From positions 62,001 to 126,000 of the forward strand of contig OZ237772.1 of assembly GCA_965178125.1 (NCBI GenBank): a DNA stretch of 64,000 bases. The letters run 5' to 3'. The DNA comes from Bilabrum cf. latius (taxonomy: Eukaryota). Under the pieces are notes generated by a model. The model had not been told where the DNA came from. It saw only the letters and a program-made list of their open reading frames with translations, and searched no databases. How positions within the stretch are numbered: position 1 is the stretch's first letter; each line of letters begins with the position of its first letter. This document shows positions 50,684-62,576 of the stretch, piece by piece. A program made the translations under genes and the position numbers.

Positions 50684-53600
50684 ATGTCCGAATCACAAGA
50701 CGTCATATCACACCAAACTGCCATCCTTGGGTCCAGACTTGGCACGCAGCTTCCTCAAACATGTGTTGCTCCAGCCAGGAGGGCTCTTGTTGCCGGAACG
50801 TTGCCGTCCACGTCTGGCCAAACAGGTGCTGAAGCAGCCAGACTGATCCGTATTGGTGCATCGACACCGGCCAATGACTGGCTCACATTGGCTGTCCTAG
50901 CTCGACGATGGGCGGCGGCCGACGCGGAGCAGGAGGACGCGAGACGACGGGCTGCCAGCGGCAGCGGCGGCGGCAGCGGAATGGAACCCTCTGGTGGGGC
51001 TGCCGTCAGCGGCTTCTTCCGGTCGGTTGCAACCGCACCGGCCTCGTCGGGTACCGGCACGCCAGCCCTTCCCCCGTCGGTTGCAACCGCAGGTGTGAGC
51101 GGGCTGTGCGTGGCGCTGATGGCGGCCATGTGGCCCCTCCGGGCCGGATCCAAGAACCCCCTGGCCCGTGCATCGCACGACGGTGGGGCTGCCGCGGCCA
51201 TGCAGGACGATGGGGTCGATGCAGGCGATGCGGAATAGGATGCAGCGGAGGGGGCGGCAAGTGGGGGCAAGGGCAAGCGTGCCACTGCCAGCGGCGCCGC
51301 GCATGCGGAACCAGCTGCGGAAGAAGACATCCCGGCGGAGGCTCTGCCCCGTGCGCTGGCCGCGGCAGCCGCCGTCTTCTCCATCCTGCCGTTGCGCGGC
51401 GCCCGCGCTGCTTGCGGAACCTCGAAGTCTCTCCTCGATCGGGCCCTCAGGGGTCTACACGCGGCTGCTCACGCCGCGGTGGCCGACGACGGGCGCCGCG
51501 CAATCATCCCAGCGGTTGCGGCCAGCAGCACCATCGTGCCTTGCACCCTCAGCGGCTGGCTCCCGCTGCTCCTGCCGCTGGCAAGGGAGACGCTCCGAGG
51601 GGACGGGTGCTCCCCAGTGGCCCTGGCGGAGTCCAGCGCGGCCATCGAGAGACGGAGAGTCAGCGGCGCCGGGCAGCCAGGTTCCGCAAGCGGAGGGGAT
51701 TCGGAGCTTATTCATGGTGCGAGCGCGGCGCTTGCGGCGGCGCTGTCGTGCGCTGCACGCAGAGCAGCCGAATCGGAGGCGGTGGTCGGCGCCGCGCGAT
51801 CCAGCGGAACCAGTAAAGAGGCAGAGGGCTGGCGTGGGCTCGCGAGACTCGCCGCGGCTGCTTTGCTGGACTGCTCGCACTCGTCACACGGCGATCCCCT
51901 GGAGCTGGCCCGGAAGACGCTGCGCCAGCTGAGGCCGCTGGCAGTGTTCCTGTCCTCCGGCGCCGCGCAGACGGCCCTGTCTCGAGGTTCCGCCGCGGTG
52001 GGCTCGTCGGTCGCAAGCACGGCCCTGCCTTCATCGGTTGCAACCGCTGCCAGCGGGCGATCGATCGAGGCCTGGATGGGAGCCCCCTCGTGGGGCGGGG
52101 GGGGGGACGGTGCCGCGGGGGCAGGACGAGACGGTGGCGGTGATCAAAACGAAGATGAAGATGAAGACCAGAACGTGAGCAGCGGCGACTCCGACAGCGA
52201 AGATGAAGATGAAGAGGAACAAGGGAGAGCCCGTAGGTTTGGCCATCGCCACAGGGCAGCAGCAGCAGGCGCGTCGGGCAAGGGCAAGGGCAAGGGCGGA
52301 GGTGCTGGCGGTGCAGCGGGGAATCCACCGGTAGATCTGGCCGGTGCAGCTGCGGCCCGCCTGCAGCAGCTCTCACTCCGCTGCAAGAAGTAGCTGTCGG
52401 CGCAGACCGCCTCGCGGAAAGCCGCCCAGGCGGCCACCGCGGGGGCGCGGGCCGCCGCCGATGCCGCCATGGCGGTGGCCGGGGCGATCGGCAGGGGCAG
52501 GGGTCGGGACGGGCGGGGCTGTGGTGGCGGCTGCCGCGCGGGGGAGAGGGAGGAGGGCGGTGTGACGAGTGAGATGGGGGGGGAGGAAGAGGGGAGGTGG
52601 CTGCTGGCGGCGCAGGCCGCGGCTGGTTCCGCTGGCAAGGCGCAGGCCGCTGCCGTGCAGCAACTGCAGCGCACGGTGGTGCAGACGAGGGGAGCCGCTG
52701 CCGTTGCGGAACTTGCGTTGCTGGCGCCGCGCGCGGTACGCTGGGCCATCGCGGCCGACGGAACCGGGGCTCGGCTCGCGCGGCGCCCCGCCACCCTAGT
52801 GTTGCTGCAGCACTGCCTCCACGCCGGCGATGGCGCCGCGCCGGGAAGCGGAACCTCGGGGCGGGGTGGTGGTGTGCGCGCAGCGGCCGCCGCCGGTGCT
52901 GCCGGCGGCCCCGCCGCGGCCCGCGAAGCTGCCGCTTTGGCCACCCTGTCCCTCTTGCCATCCTTGCCGCACGCGTGCCGGCGGGCGGCCGTGGCTTTCC
53001 TTCGGCGCCTGAGCCGCTCGTCGAGGCAAGGCCACAGGGCGGCAGCTGCCTACACCGCCGGGGCTCTTCTGGCCGTGTCGGGGGCTGCCGGGACCGGGGC
53101 CCTGGGTAGCGTGCTGGGGGGCGCCGCGCAAAGCGGAACATCCACGGCCCTCCGACCCTACGCGATGGCGGAGTCTGACGGTTCCGTGGCGGGGGGCCGC
53201 GAGGTTCCGCAAGAAAGCGGCGCCGCGCGCGCTGGCCGCGCCCTCCGCTGGGACGAAGAGGAGGCGCCCGCGTCGGAAGCGGCTGCGGAAGCGGCTGCTT
53301 CCGTGGCTGCGGCAGCCGAGGAAGAGGAAGACGATGAGGAACAAGACAGCGACATGGAAGCAGGGTACGAGGAAGAGGCCAAGTCCACGCGGAGGGGTCG
53401 CAGCGGTGCAGCGGCCATGCAGGACAGCGAAGACGAAGACGAGGACGAGGAGGAGGAGGAGGAGCACGAGAGGGCTGGTGGGTCAGGCACGCCGTCCAAA
53501 CCGCCGCTGGTCGGTACTGCGGCACCCGCCACGGGTAGTCGCAAATCCACCCGTGGATCCAGGAAGCGCTCCAGTGGCAGAGGCCGGTCATCCTCCCGCG

Positions 53601-56600
53601 GCGGCCGGCGGCGTAGCAGCGGCACCGCGAGTGTATGTTCCGCAAGCTCCGGCAGGCTGTCCCTGGGCGGCGGCGCCGCGGCCCCCGAGGTGCTCGCCGC
53701 CGCTGCCGCCTCCCTTCGAGGCCGGCCCACGGTGCTGTGCCTTGGCATGGTGGTGGCGGGCGCAGCCACGGACAAGGGCTCCGCGGTGCGTGCCAGAGGT
53801 CTGGCTGCCATGGGTGAGGTGCTGGAGGCGTGCGCGGGAGCGGAGCACTGGGTCGCGGGGAGGCTGGCGGGTGCACTGCACGATAGCGCGGGGGACAGGG
53901 AGGCCAGGGTCAGGGCGGCGGAGGGCGCGGCCGCCGCGCGGCGTCGAGCAGCGGATGCCGCCTGCGCGCTGCTGCTAGCGCTGGCGCTGCGGGCGTCGGA
54001 TGGGGGCGGCGACGGTGACGAGGGCGAGGGCAGCGACGGAGCCGGGGAGGGCGGGGAACGCAATTCTGGCTCCGGATCCCTTCACGAAGGAACAAGCGGG
54101 GCGGTGGCCGCCCTCCTGATGCGGCTGGACGACGAGGCCGCGGCCGTGAGGAAATCGGCTTGCAGCGCGCTGGGCTGGCTGGGGGTGGCGTGCGCGGGGC
54201 AGGCCGGCTCGCTGGCGGCGCAGGCCGCGGCGTGCGGGACCAGGGCGGCGCGTGGCGCCGCGCGTCAGGGACGTTCCGCGGGCGGACTGCAGGGGCCCAA
54301 GGGGTCGGTGGCCGCGTGGGAGGCAGGGAAGCAGCGGATCTTTTTCGATTCCGAGTCGTCGCTGCGGAGCTCCATGGGTGGCGGCGGGGCGTCGTCGGGT
54401 GCGTCGGCGGGTCGAGTGGCCCGTCCGCTCGCCCTCAGTTGTTCCCTGGGGACCTACACTCTCGAGGTGCTGACGGTGCGGGCCACGGACGGCTCCACGT
54501 CGGTGCGGCGTGTCGTCGCGGAGGCGCTGACGTCCCTGCTGATGGGACCCCGGTCAATCGAGTCGCCGTCCGCCGCCACTGGATCCACCGGTGGATCGGC
54601 GGGCGGGGACGGCTGGTCGCACGCCGGTGCCAGGTGCAGCGGCGCGGTTCGCGCGTGGGTCTCTGCGGTGCTGCCGCTGGTGCGCGACGACGACGAGGGC
54701 GTGAGGGGGGCGGCGGGTGCCATGGTGGCCAAAGCGGTGTGGGGACCGCTGGTGCACTGCACGAGCACGCTCGGTGGAGGCGCAGCGCGGAGCGGTTCCG
54801 CAGGAAGTGGCACGGGCTCGTCACACCCCTGGCCCCTTCTGTTCGCGGTGACGCAGCACGGCGGCTTGCGGAACTGTTTGCGCGGCGCCGTGGCTGCCCT
54901 CATGGCCAAAGAGGCCGGAGACACCCAGGCTGTGGGTGGTTCCGCAAGCGCCGCGCATTCCATGAAGGCCATCGTCGCGGCTGCCGTGCGGGCCGCAGAG
55001 ACGGACGACGACGCCGGAGCCGGGGCGGGGCAGGGTGCCGGCGGTGCGAGCGGGGTGGCGGCGCCGCAGAGATCGGTTCCGCTGGAACGGCTCTGGAACG
55101 CGCGGCGCCGGGCCTCCGCCCTTGGCCTGCTGGCAGAGGCGGCGACCGCCGCAGCGGCGAGACCCAAGCCGGCCGAGGCGGCCCGCACTTCCGGTTTGCC
55201 GGACGCCGATTGGGCGCTGGCCCGGCTCCGAGCAAGTGCTCCGCTACTGGTCGCAAACGAGCCGCAGACGCGTGACGCTGCCGCAGCGGGATGCGCCGGG
55301 GCTCTGCGGCTTCTGGGGGAGGCTGCGGGAGCGGCGGCCGATGCCGCTGCGTCTGCCGCCGGCGATGGCGGAGACATGTCCGGGGCCTCCAGCGGCAAGA
55401 AGAAGTCGTCATCGTCGTCGTCATCAGGTGCCGCGGCACGGCTGCCCGCTCGTCACACCGCCGCGATCGCCTCCGCACCCGCTGCGCGACGGGCGGCGGA
55501 GCGCTGGCTCGTGAGCTGGCGACTCCCGGCCGATGCCGCCGCGGCCGCCGTCGGTGCACTGCGGAACCTGGCCGCGGCGGAGGCGGCGGGCGCCGCGCGA
55601 TCAGGTTCCGCAAGAGCCGGGATCCGGCCGTGGTGGCAGTCCGCCGCGGAGGCAGCCGAGGCGGGGTGCGGCGCCGCACTGGCCACGGCCGCCGGCGGTT
55701 CCGCAAGCGCGGCGCCGATGGTGAGCAGCTCCGGCGCCAGCACAGGCTCCAGCGAACCCGACGATGAGATCGCCCAGCCGCAGCCCGCCCCCTCCGCCCG
55801 CACACTGGCAGCCTGCCTCAGGTGCCTGGGCCACCTGGCCATTCAGGGCGTGGACGAGTCGGGGGAGTCGGCGCGGCGCCGCGCAGAGCGGAACCACGTG
55901 GCCGCGGCGGTGGAGGCCGCGCGGGCCCCCATGCCTTCGCGACCGGTTGCAACCGACGCCGCCATCGCCCTCCTCGCCCCCTCCGTGGGGGCAGGCCGAC
56001 CGGTTGCAACCGCGGTGCGGGCCGCAGCGGCAGCAACCCTCGGTGCACTGTGCCTTTCGGCTCCGGACGGCTCCCCGAAGGCCGCAGCTGTGCTCATCCG
56101 GGAGGCGGGGGCGGGGGCGAGGGCCGCGCACGCCTCCCTGGGGCACGCCGGTGTGACGAGTGCGGCGGCGCACGGCCGGTCCTTCTTCGTCGGACGAGGG
56201 CAAGGGCAGGGACAGGGGCAGGGGCCGGGCAAGTCCTCCTCGGCCCCTAGACCGGAACAACTGCCCCCCGCCGCTGTCCGCAGGAACGCCGTCGCGGCTG
56301 TATGCGACATCCTGCGGCGGCACGCGCAAGCCACGGCGGGCGGGGGTGGGGCCGCTGCACTGGAGACCGTGGCCGCCGCCGGGTCATGGGACCCGCACTG
56401 GGGCGTGCGGGCCGCAGCGCTGACGTCACTCGGGTCGTTGTGCTCCAGCGGACAGGCCAAGTGGAGGAGGCCGCTGCTGCTGCGGTGCGTCGCGGCTCTT
56501 GGTGACCCGCATCCTCAGGTGCGGGCCGCTGCCACGTCAGCGCTGGAGCAGCCCGCCGCGGCGTCTCTGTTGCCGTCTTTGCTGTCCCCCGCTGTGTACG

Positions 56601-58807
56601 AGCTGACCGGATGCACGGCGCACCCGGGCATGGCGGTGGGAGTGGAACCGCTCGACGCGAAAGCTGCAGCGGGTGCCATGCGGGACGATGACGATGAGGA
56701 TGAGGATGACGATGACGGAGATGATGATGATGACGGCGATTTTGGGGCGCGAGGGGCGCGGTCTGCTTCCGGCGCCGCGCGATCGGAAGCGGAACTACCC
56801 CCGCATACGGTGCTGGGCCGGCACAGCCGCGCCCGCCGCCTCGTGGCCTACCGCGCCCTGCTCCGATTGATGCCTCACGCGGGCGTGCTGTAGGCGGCCG
56901 CCAAGCTGTTCGCGGACTCGATCGGAGCCGCCGCCCAGGGAGCCCTGAGGATGCCTCAGCGACGATCGGAGCTGCTGGTTGCAACCGCACCGTCGGGCGG
57001 GCCCTCCACTCCTCAGGGCAGGGCAGGAGCAGGGGCAGGGGCCGATCGGTCGGGTCTCATGGGTGCCTCCTTTGTGCTGGGGAACAACGCGGGGGAGGTC
57101 GGTGGCGGGTGCGCGGCGCCCTGCAGGGTAAGTTCCGCTAGCCTGCTGGCTGAAATGCGCGGCGCCGCGTACGACGCCGCGTGCGGTGCGCTCGGCCCAC
57201 AGGCCGCAGGTGCCTACGGCAAGGAGGAAGAGGACCTTGGAAATGAAGATGAAGATGGAAGCCCCGAAGATGGGGCGGGTGGTTCCCGCGGGGAAGCCGA
57301 GGGGGCGAGGGCCCTGGGAGCCGTTGGACTGCGCGGCGCCGCGGGAGAGGCCGGTTCCGCAGGCGCGGAGGCCATGCTCTGGGAGGCCCTTCTGGTGCTG
57401 GGGCTGCCAGAGGCGAAGGGTGCTCTCCTGGACGGGGGGCGCCGCGCGGGGGGAGGAGCCGGTTCCGCAGGGGACGACGACGATGGGGCGGCGGCCGCGG
57501 CGGCCGCCGATGCCGCCGCGGGTGGAGTCGCAGCGGCGAAAGCAGCGCTCATGGAGGCAGCCGGTCGCCGCGTGCTGGGCCAGCTGGCGGGAAGGCAGCT
57601 GGAGGAGCAGCTTGTTCCCTGGGCCTGCCAGCTGCTGCCCGCCCTCAGGAGGCTGCGATCGGGACCCGTGTCAAGGGCACTCGTCCGCTGGCTGGCCGGC
57701 GCCGCGGGCCGACTCGGAGCCGAAACGTTCCGCAAGGCGGCGGGGCAGCGGAAGGAAGTCGCCGCGGAGGCGCTGGGCGTCCACGAGCGGGAGAAGAGGG
57801 CCGCGGGCAGAATGCAGAGGGAGAGGGCGAGGGCGATGGCGGCCGAGGCGGCGGGCAGGGAACAAAGGGAGCAGGAGGAGGCCGCGCAGGTTCGAACCCC
57901 GGCGCCGCGCATGCCTGCCGTCACGCCCACCGCTGGGGATGCCGGCGTGGGGGCGGCGTCGGCTGCCGGCGGGCGCGCTCGTCACACCGGTGGCGTGCGG
58001 TCGCTGGCGATGCTGGGGTCTGCCATGAGCAGGGGGCTGCAGAGCGGGCTGCCCGCTGGTGTGACGAGTGCAGCCTCGGGAGCTGCGGGCGAGGAGCCGC
58101 GCAGGGCGGCGCGGCGCGGCGCCGCACGGAGTTCCGTGAAAAAGGCGCCGCGCAACGGTGGTTCCGGAAGCGGCGGGTTCGGCGCGCTTGGCGCGTTGGG
58201 CAACCTGGGTGCGGCGGCGCCGCGCAACGGTAGTTCCGCTGCCGCGATGGAGCCGGTATCCCCCGGCACCCCGGGAGCCGGTGGGGTCCCCTCCTCGGGG
58301 TCTCCGGCCGGTTCCGCAGTTGCGCAGCGCCGCGGGGTCGCGATGTCGGCGCTCAAGAGCCCGCGGCTGCGAGGTTCCGCAGCGCGCGGCGCCTCCGAGA
58401 AGGGAAGGCCAGGGACGGGCATCTCTGCCATGCCGCATTCCGTGTCGGGCGGTCTCCTTGCGGCGCTGGGCCGAAGCAGCGCCAGCGGAACCACCGCCTT
58501 GGTGGACAGTGTCGGTCCATCCACGCGCGGCGCCGGTGGGTCAGGGGGCGCCGGTGACGAGGGTGGCGAAGGTTCGTCCCAAGTTCGCCTGAGCCTCGGG
58601 GGCCGGAGCGGCCGCGGCCTGGTGGAGGCAGGGGCAGGGGCAGGGGGCGATGGGGGCAAGTGGGCCGTGAGCCCCGATGACGTGGGCAATGATGGTGTGA
58701 CGAGTGATACGGGGGGGTCTTTGGCTGGGCTGCCGGCCGAGCAGGACGAGGCCGGGGAGGAGCAGGCTGTGGCGAGCGGCGGGGCAAGTGCTCCGATGCG
58801 GGCATGA
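50684..58807 (+). CDS. NCAPD3: Condensin II HEAT subunit CAP-D3-like protein, inflated to ~2,700 aa by Gly/Ala-rich insertions
   Basis: HEAT/Cnd1-type blocks DKGSAVRARGL, RLDDEAAAVRKSA, WVSAVLPLVRD, AVRRNAVAAVCDI, DPHWGVRAAALTSL..AKWRRPLLLRCVAALGDP, RVLGQLAGRQLEEQLVP in the order recalled for CAP-D3. TAG at 51236, 52391, 56891; TGA 58805. Confidence 0.8.
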
Positions 58808-59097
58808 TGGATTCGCTCGTTAGGGTTAGGGTTAGTGGGGGGGGGGGCATGTCTGGTTGCGAATGCGTGTTTTATGATTTGTTTGTCAGTCGATGATATT
58901 GGATGTTTTATCAGCTTTGAATGTGCCCGCTGGAGTGGAACGGGCGGTGTGCGGCCAGCCAGCTGGACGCACAGCCTGTCACTGCCAGCAGCCGCTCCCA
59001 GCAATCGTCATTATGCACGATTCTGGTTTGTGTTAGGAGGCAACGAACCGGCACACAAAGTCCATAGTTGTCTGAATCAGTTGCTGAGATCGTAACT

Positions 59098-60390
59098 ATG
59101 TCGTAGTCGGGGGGCTCTGTAACCTCATACGAAGAGTGGAAGCGATAGCAGCAATCGAACGCGCAACAGCAACAGGCAGCAGTTGGCCAACAGCAAAGTG
59201 GGCTGCAGTCTAACCACGGCCACGTGATGGGTACTACGCAATTTACCCAAAGTCGGCCATCCGCTGCGGGTGCCGGGCAATTTGCGGTAGGGTACGGAGG
59301 GGTTGGTCTTCAACCAGTTCAGCATGGTCGCGCCTTGGTAGCCCCTCAGTTGGCACATAGCACCGCCGGATAGCATCACGCGCCATATGGAACTGGACCT
59401 ACATTAATATCACAGTGGCAGCAAGGGACATCGATGCCACAGGGTTCGAGCACGACTGGGCCGTCATCATCCCAAACCGCTGCCAGTTTTTCACGCGGCG
59501 TTAGCAGCTCTACCGCACCCTCGTCCAGCGCGACTAGCGCCTCTGGGCATGCACTGCTAGGTGCATCAGCTATGGGAAGCTCGTCAGCTTCTTCTGAAGC
59601 AGCGTCTGCGGGGCCTCCACCGCAGGAGCCGATAGACAAGCGATGGCGAGTGCTCGTTTCGCCGGAAGGCAAGCCCTACTGGTTCAACATTAAGGCAAAC
59701 GCAACCCAATGGGAGCTTCCCTCCGAGCAGGAAGTCCCGAAGGAACAGGCGGAGCAGATGATCGCAGACGCTCTCAAAGCAGACGAGGAGGCGTGGGCCG
59801 GGGCGGAGGAGGTCGCCACCGGCGGTTCCGGAACTGGCGCCGCGCAATCTGATGGGCTGGCCGCCGTGGAGGAGGCTGGTCGGGCGAGGGAGAGGCTCCG
59901 GAGGCGGGCCGCAGAGGCCACGCGGGTGGCTCGGGATTTCCTGCGCATGTGTGACGAGCGAGGGATCCGGAGCCTGAAAGATCTCGCTACGGCGGAAGAG
60001 GCTGCCTCCGGTGATGATGGTGCTAGCGGTGTGATGGGCGACCCTCGTTTCCTGGCGGTAGGGTCTGCCGAGCGGCGGCGGCAGGTGCTCGGTGTCCTCC
60101 TGCAGCGGCGGCGCAGCAGTGGTGGAACTGGATTGGACGGGTCTGAAAGTGCACGCAACATCACTTCAGGGAATGGGGATCATCCAGTCGGGAGAGGTGG
60201 GAATGAGGTGGCTGGTACCAATGGGACACCAGCACCAGCTCCAGCACCAGCACCGGCGACTGCAGGGGCAGGGACAGGGGCAGGGGCAGGCACTGATGAT
60301 GGAGCTGTGAAGAGTTCTTCTAGTGCTACTGCTAGCGGCAGTGCAGCTGTTTCAGACAGCAAGGGTGCCAGCACAGTCCATTCATTCTAA
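59098..60390 (+). CDS. WW-domain protein with an FF-like domain and Gln-rich N-terminus (PRP40/TCERG1-like modules)
   Basis: WW: WRVLVSPEGKPYWFNIKANATQWELP; FF-like DFLRMCDE..GDPRFLAV..ERRRQV. TAG at 59104, 59146, 59371; ends TAA 60388. Alternative start at 58921 possible. Confidence 0.75.
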
Positions 60391-60512
60391 TTCAGTGTGG
60401 CAGGAAGACTCGAGCGAGTCGAGCCAAAGACAGAGAAAATAGAACAGAGATAGAGAGGCAATCCTTGATCTGCACGCTTGACACTCCATACCAATCAAAT
60501 CCGCCGCGCGCA

Positions 60513-62366
60513 TCACTCGCTGCTCTTGCTCTTCGCCTCTGCGAGTGGCCGAGGCGGCAGCGGCCGCTCCACCGTCCGGATCACGTGCCTCAACTCGATC
60601 GGAGCAATCGTCACACCAGCACCCACGCCGGGCAGGTCCCTCGGGTCTGTCGGTCTTCGGGCCGGCGGTGCCATCCGTTGTTCCCTGGCTTGTTCCTCCC
60701 GTGCCGCGGCCTCTGCCGCAAGCCACAGTCGGCCGCTTCGGAGCACCTGCTCGGTGATCAGCCGAGCGAGCAAGTCTGCCTCTTTGGGCGCGATCGGGAG
60801 CACCTGCTCCTTCGTTTGCTCGCTCTACCGCTCCTTGTCGTCTGGCGGTGCACTCTCCGGCTGGGTGCTTCCGTCTGTTGCAGGATGTGCCTCGGCAGCC
60901 GCATGTGCATCGGCATCGGCATCGGCTTCCCCCTTCGCTTGCTCCGCTTCCCTCGATGATCGGAGCAGCTCTGCCTCTCTCGATCGGAGCAGTGCTTCTA
61001 TCTGCTTCTCTTCCTCTTCTTGATCATCCTCTTCGTCGTCTTGGTATTTCTTCTCCGCCTTGCCATCGCCACCACGCCCCCCGGCACTGCCGCTGCCGCT
61101 GCCATCTGCCGACCCATCCTACCCACCAGCCCCGAAGGCCGAACTGCCGGAAGCTACGGCACCCGATCCGGCATCACTCGTCACACCAACCACGGCCAAA
61201 GAGGCCTCTTCGCCCGCCAGGCGAGCCGCCCTCACGCGCCTGGCTTGTTCCCTGGACCGCTGCACCCCGTGTAGAGCCAGGCGACGCGCAATTCTGTTCC
61301 GCATGGCCTCCCCGGCCCTCTGCACCGCCGCCGCAGCCTGTTCTCTGGTTCCGCAAGCGGGTTGCGCGGCGCCAATCAGGTCTTCGATGGCCGCCAGGGC
61401 CAGTCTCAGGCCCACCACGGCCACCTCTCGCCTGCACCCGGCCGCCTGGCTGGCCCGAATGACGGCAACCGCTGCGTCCGCGATGGAGTGTGTGACGAGT
61501 GCGCGCCTGGGGAGTGGCTGGCGAGAGTGGTCCTCGATCATGGTTCCGCTGGGAGCCACCGGTTGCGCGGCGCCGGACATCCATCCTGGATGTTCCGCAG
61601 CGCCCCAGCGCGCCCCTGCTGCGGGCAGGGTCGGGGGCATCGGCGCGGGCAGGGGCAGGGACGGCGCGGCTAGGCCAAGGGCAGCAGCAACGGCTGCCGT
61701 CTGTCGAGCCGCATCCGGAGCCAAAATGGCGTCCGCCCAGGGAACTCGGGTATCGCAGGCTGCAGTTGCAACCGCTTGCTCGCGCTCGGCTGCCTGCCGT
61801 GCTATCGCTTTCTCCCGCTCCTATGACTCTGCTTTTGCTTTTGCGTCTGCTTCTTCCGCGGCAGCAGCTGCAGCAGCCTCCGCTGCCTTGCCTCCTTTAC
61901 CTGCCTTTCCGCTCGGTTTGCCGCCTTTCCTCTCGATGGGCTCTCCGGCATCTGCACCTGAATCTTGGGCGGTTGTTGCAGAAGCTTCAGCTAGCTATGA
62001 CTAAGCTGAGTTGTAACTTGCGGCAATACTTGCTGCGTCTTCTGAGTGAGCTCCTGATAGCAAAAAATCCACGAGAGAAGCGTTGATCCTGCTGCTCCAT
62101 GGACCTGTGCAGTCAGAACAAGCGGCATGAGCCGGCGTGGCTTCGCGATCAGCTTCGGCCTACATAGAAGTAGCAATTGCAGCGCTTGCGTTGGCCGAAT
62201 CATCCTTGGACTCCTGTTCCGCATGTCTGGGCCCCTGCTCGATACCCGGATCGTTAACCTCGACCTTGATACCAGACGCGCTGGCATCTTGAATCATGGC
62301 GGATGCTTCTCCAGCCTACCAGCATTCTCGGATGATTCGAGTTAGTTCACTTGTGCTGCCTTCCAT
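60513..62366 (-). CDS. Hypothetical Ala/Glu-rich protein (~620 aa)
   Basis: One frame with seven TAG and no TAA/TGA from ATG 62366 (or 62429) to TGA 60513. No family recognised. Confidence 0.65.
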
Positions 62367-62576
62367 TCGCACTATCGTGTAGTCTTTGTGCCAGATACAA
62401 CGGAAAACTTCGCCGTCGCCGCGCATCATGACTGCGGAACCAAACACACCCAAGTGACGTGACGTCGTCATTGTTTTTCTTGCCCGAATACCTCTGCGTC
62501 AGCATATGGCTCCACAGTCTGGTTCGACTGCTTTAGTGATACCAGGATACGGCTATTGACCATCAGTGCGACCTGC

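Noticed and set aside
51708-56990. Many long overlapping Pro/Arg-rich ORFs on other frames
   Set aside because: Expected in very GC-rich coding DNA; no recognisable domains.
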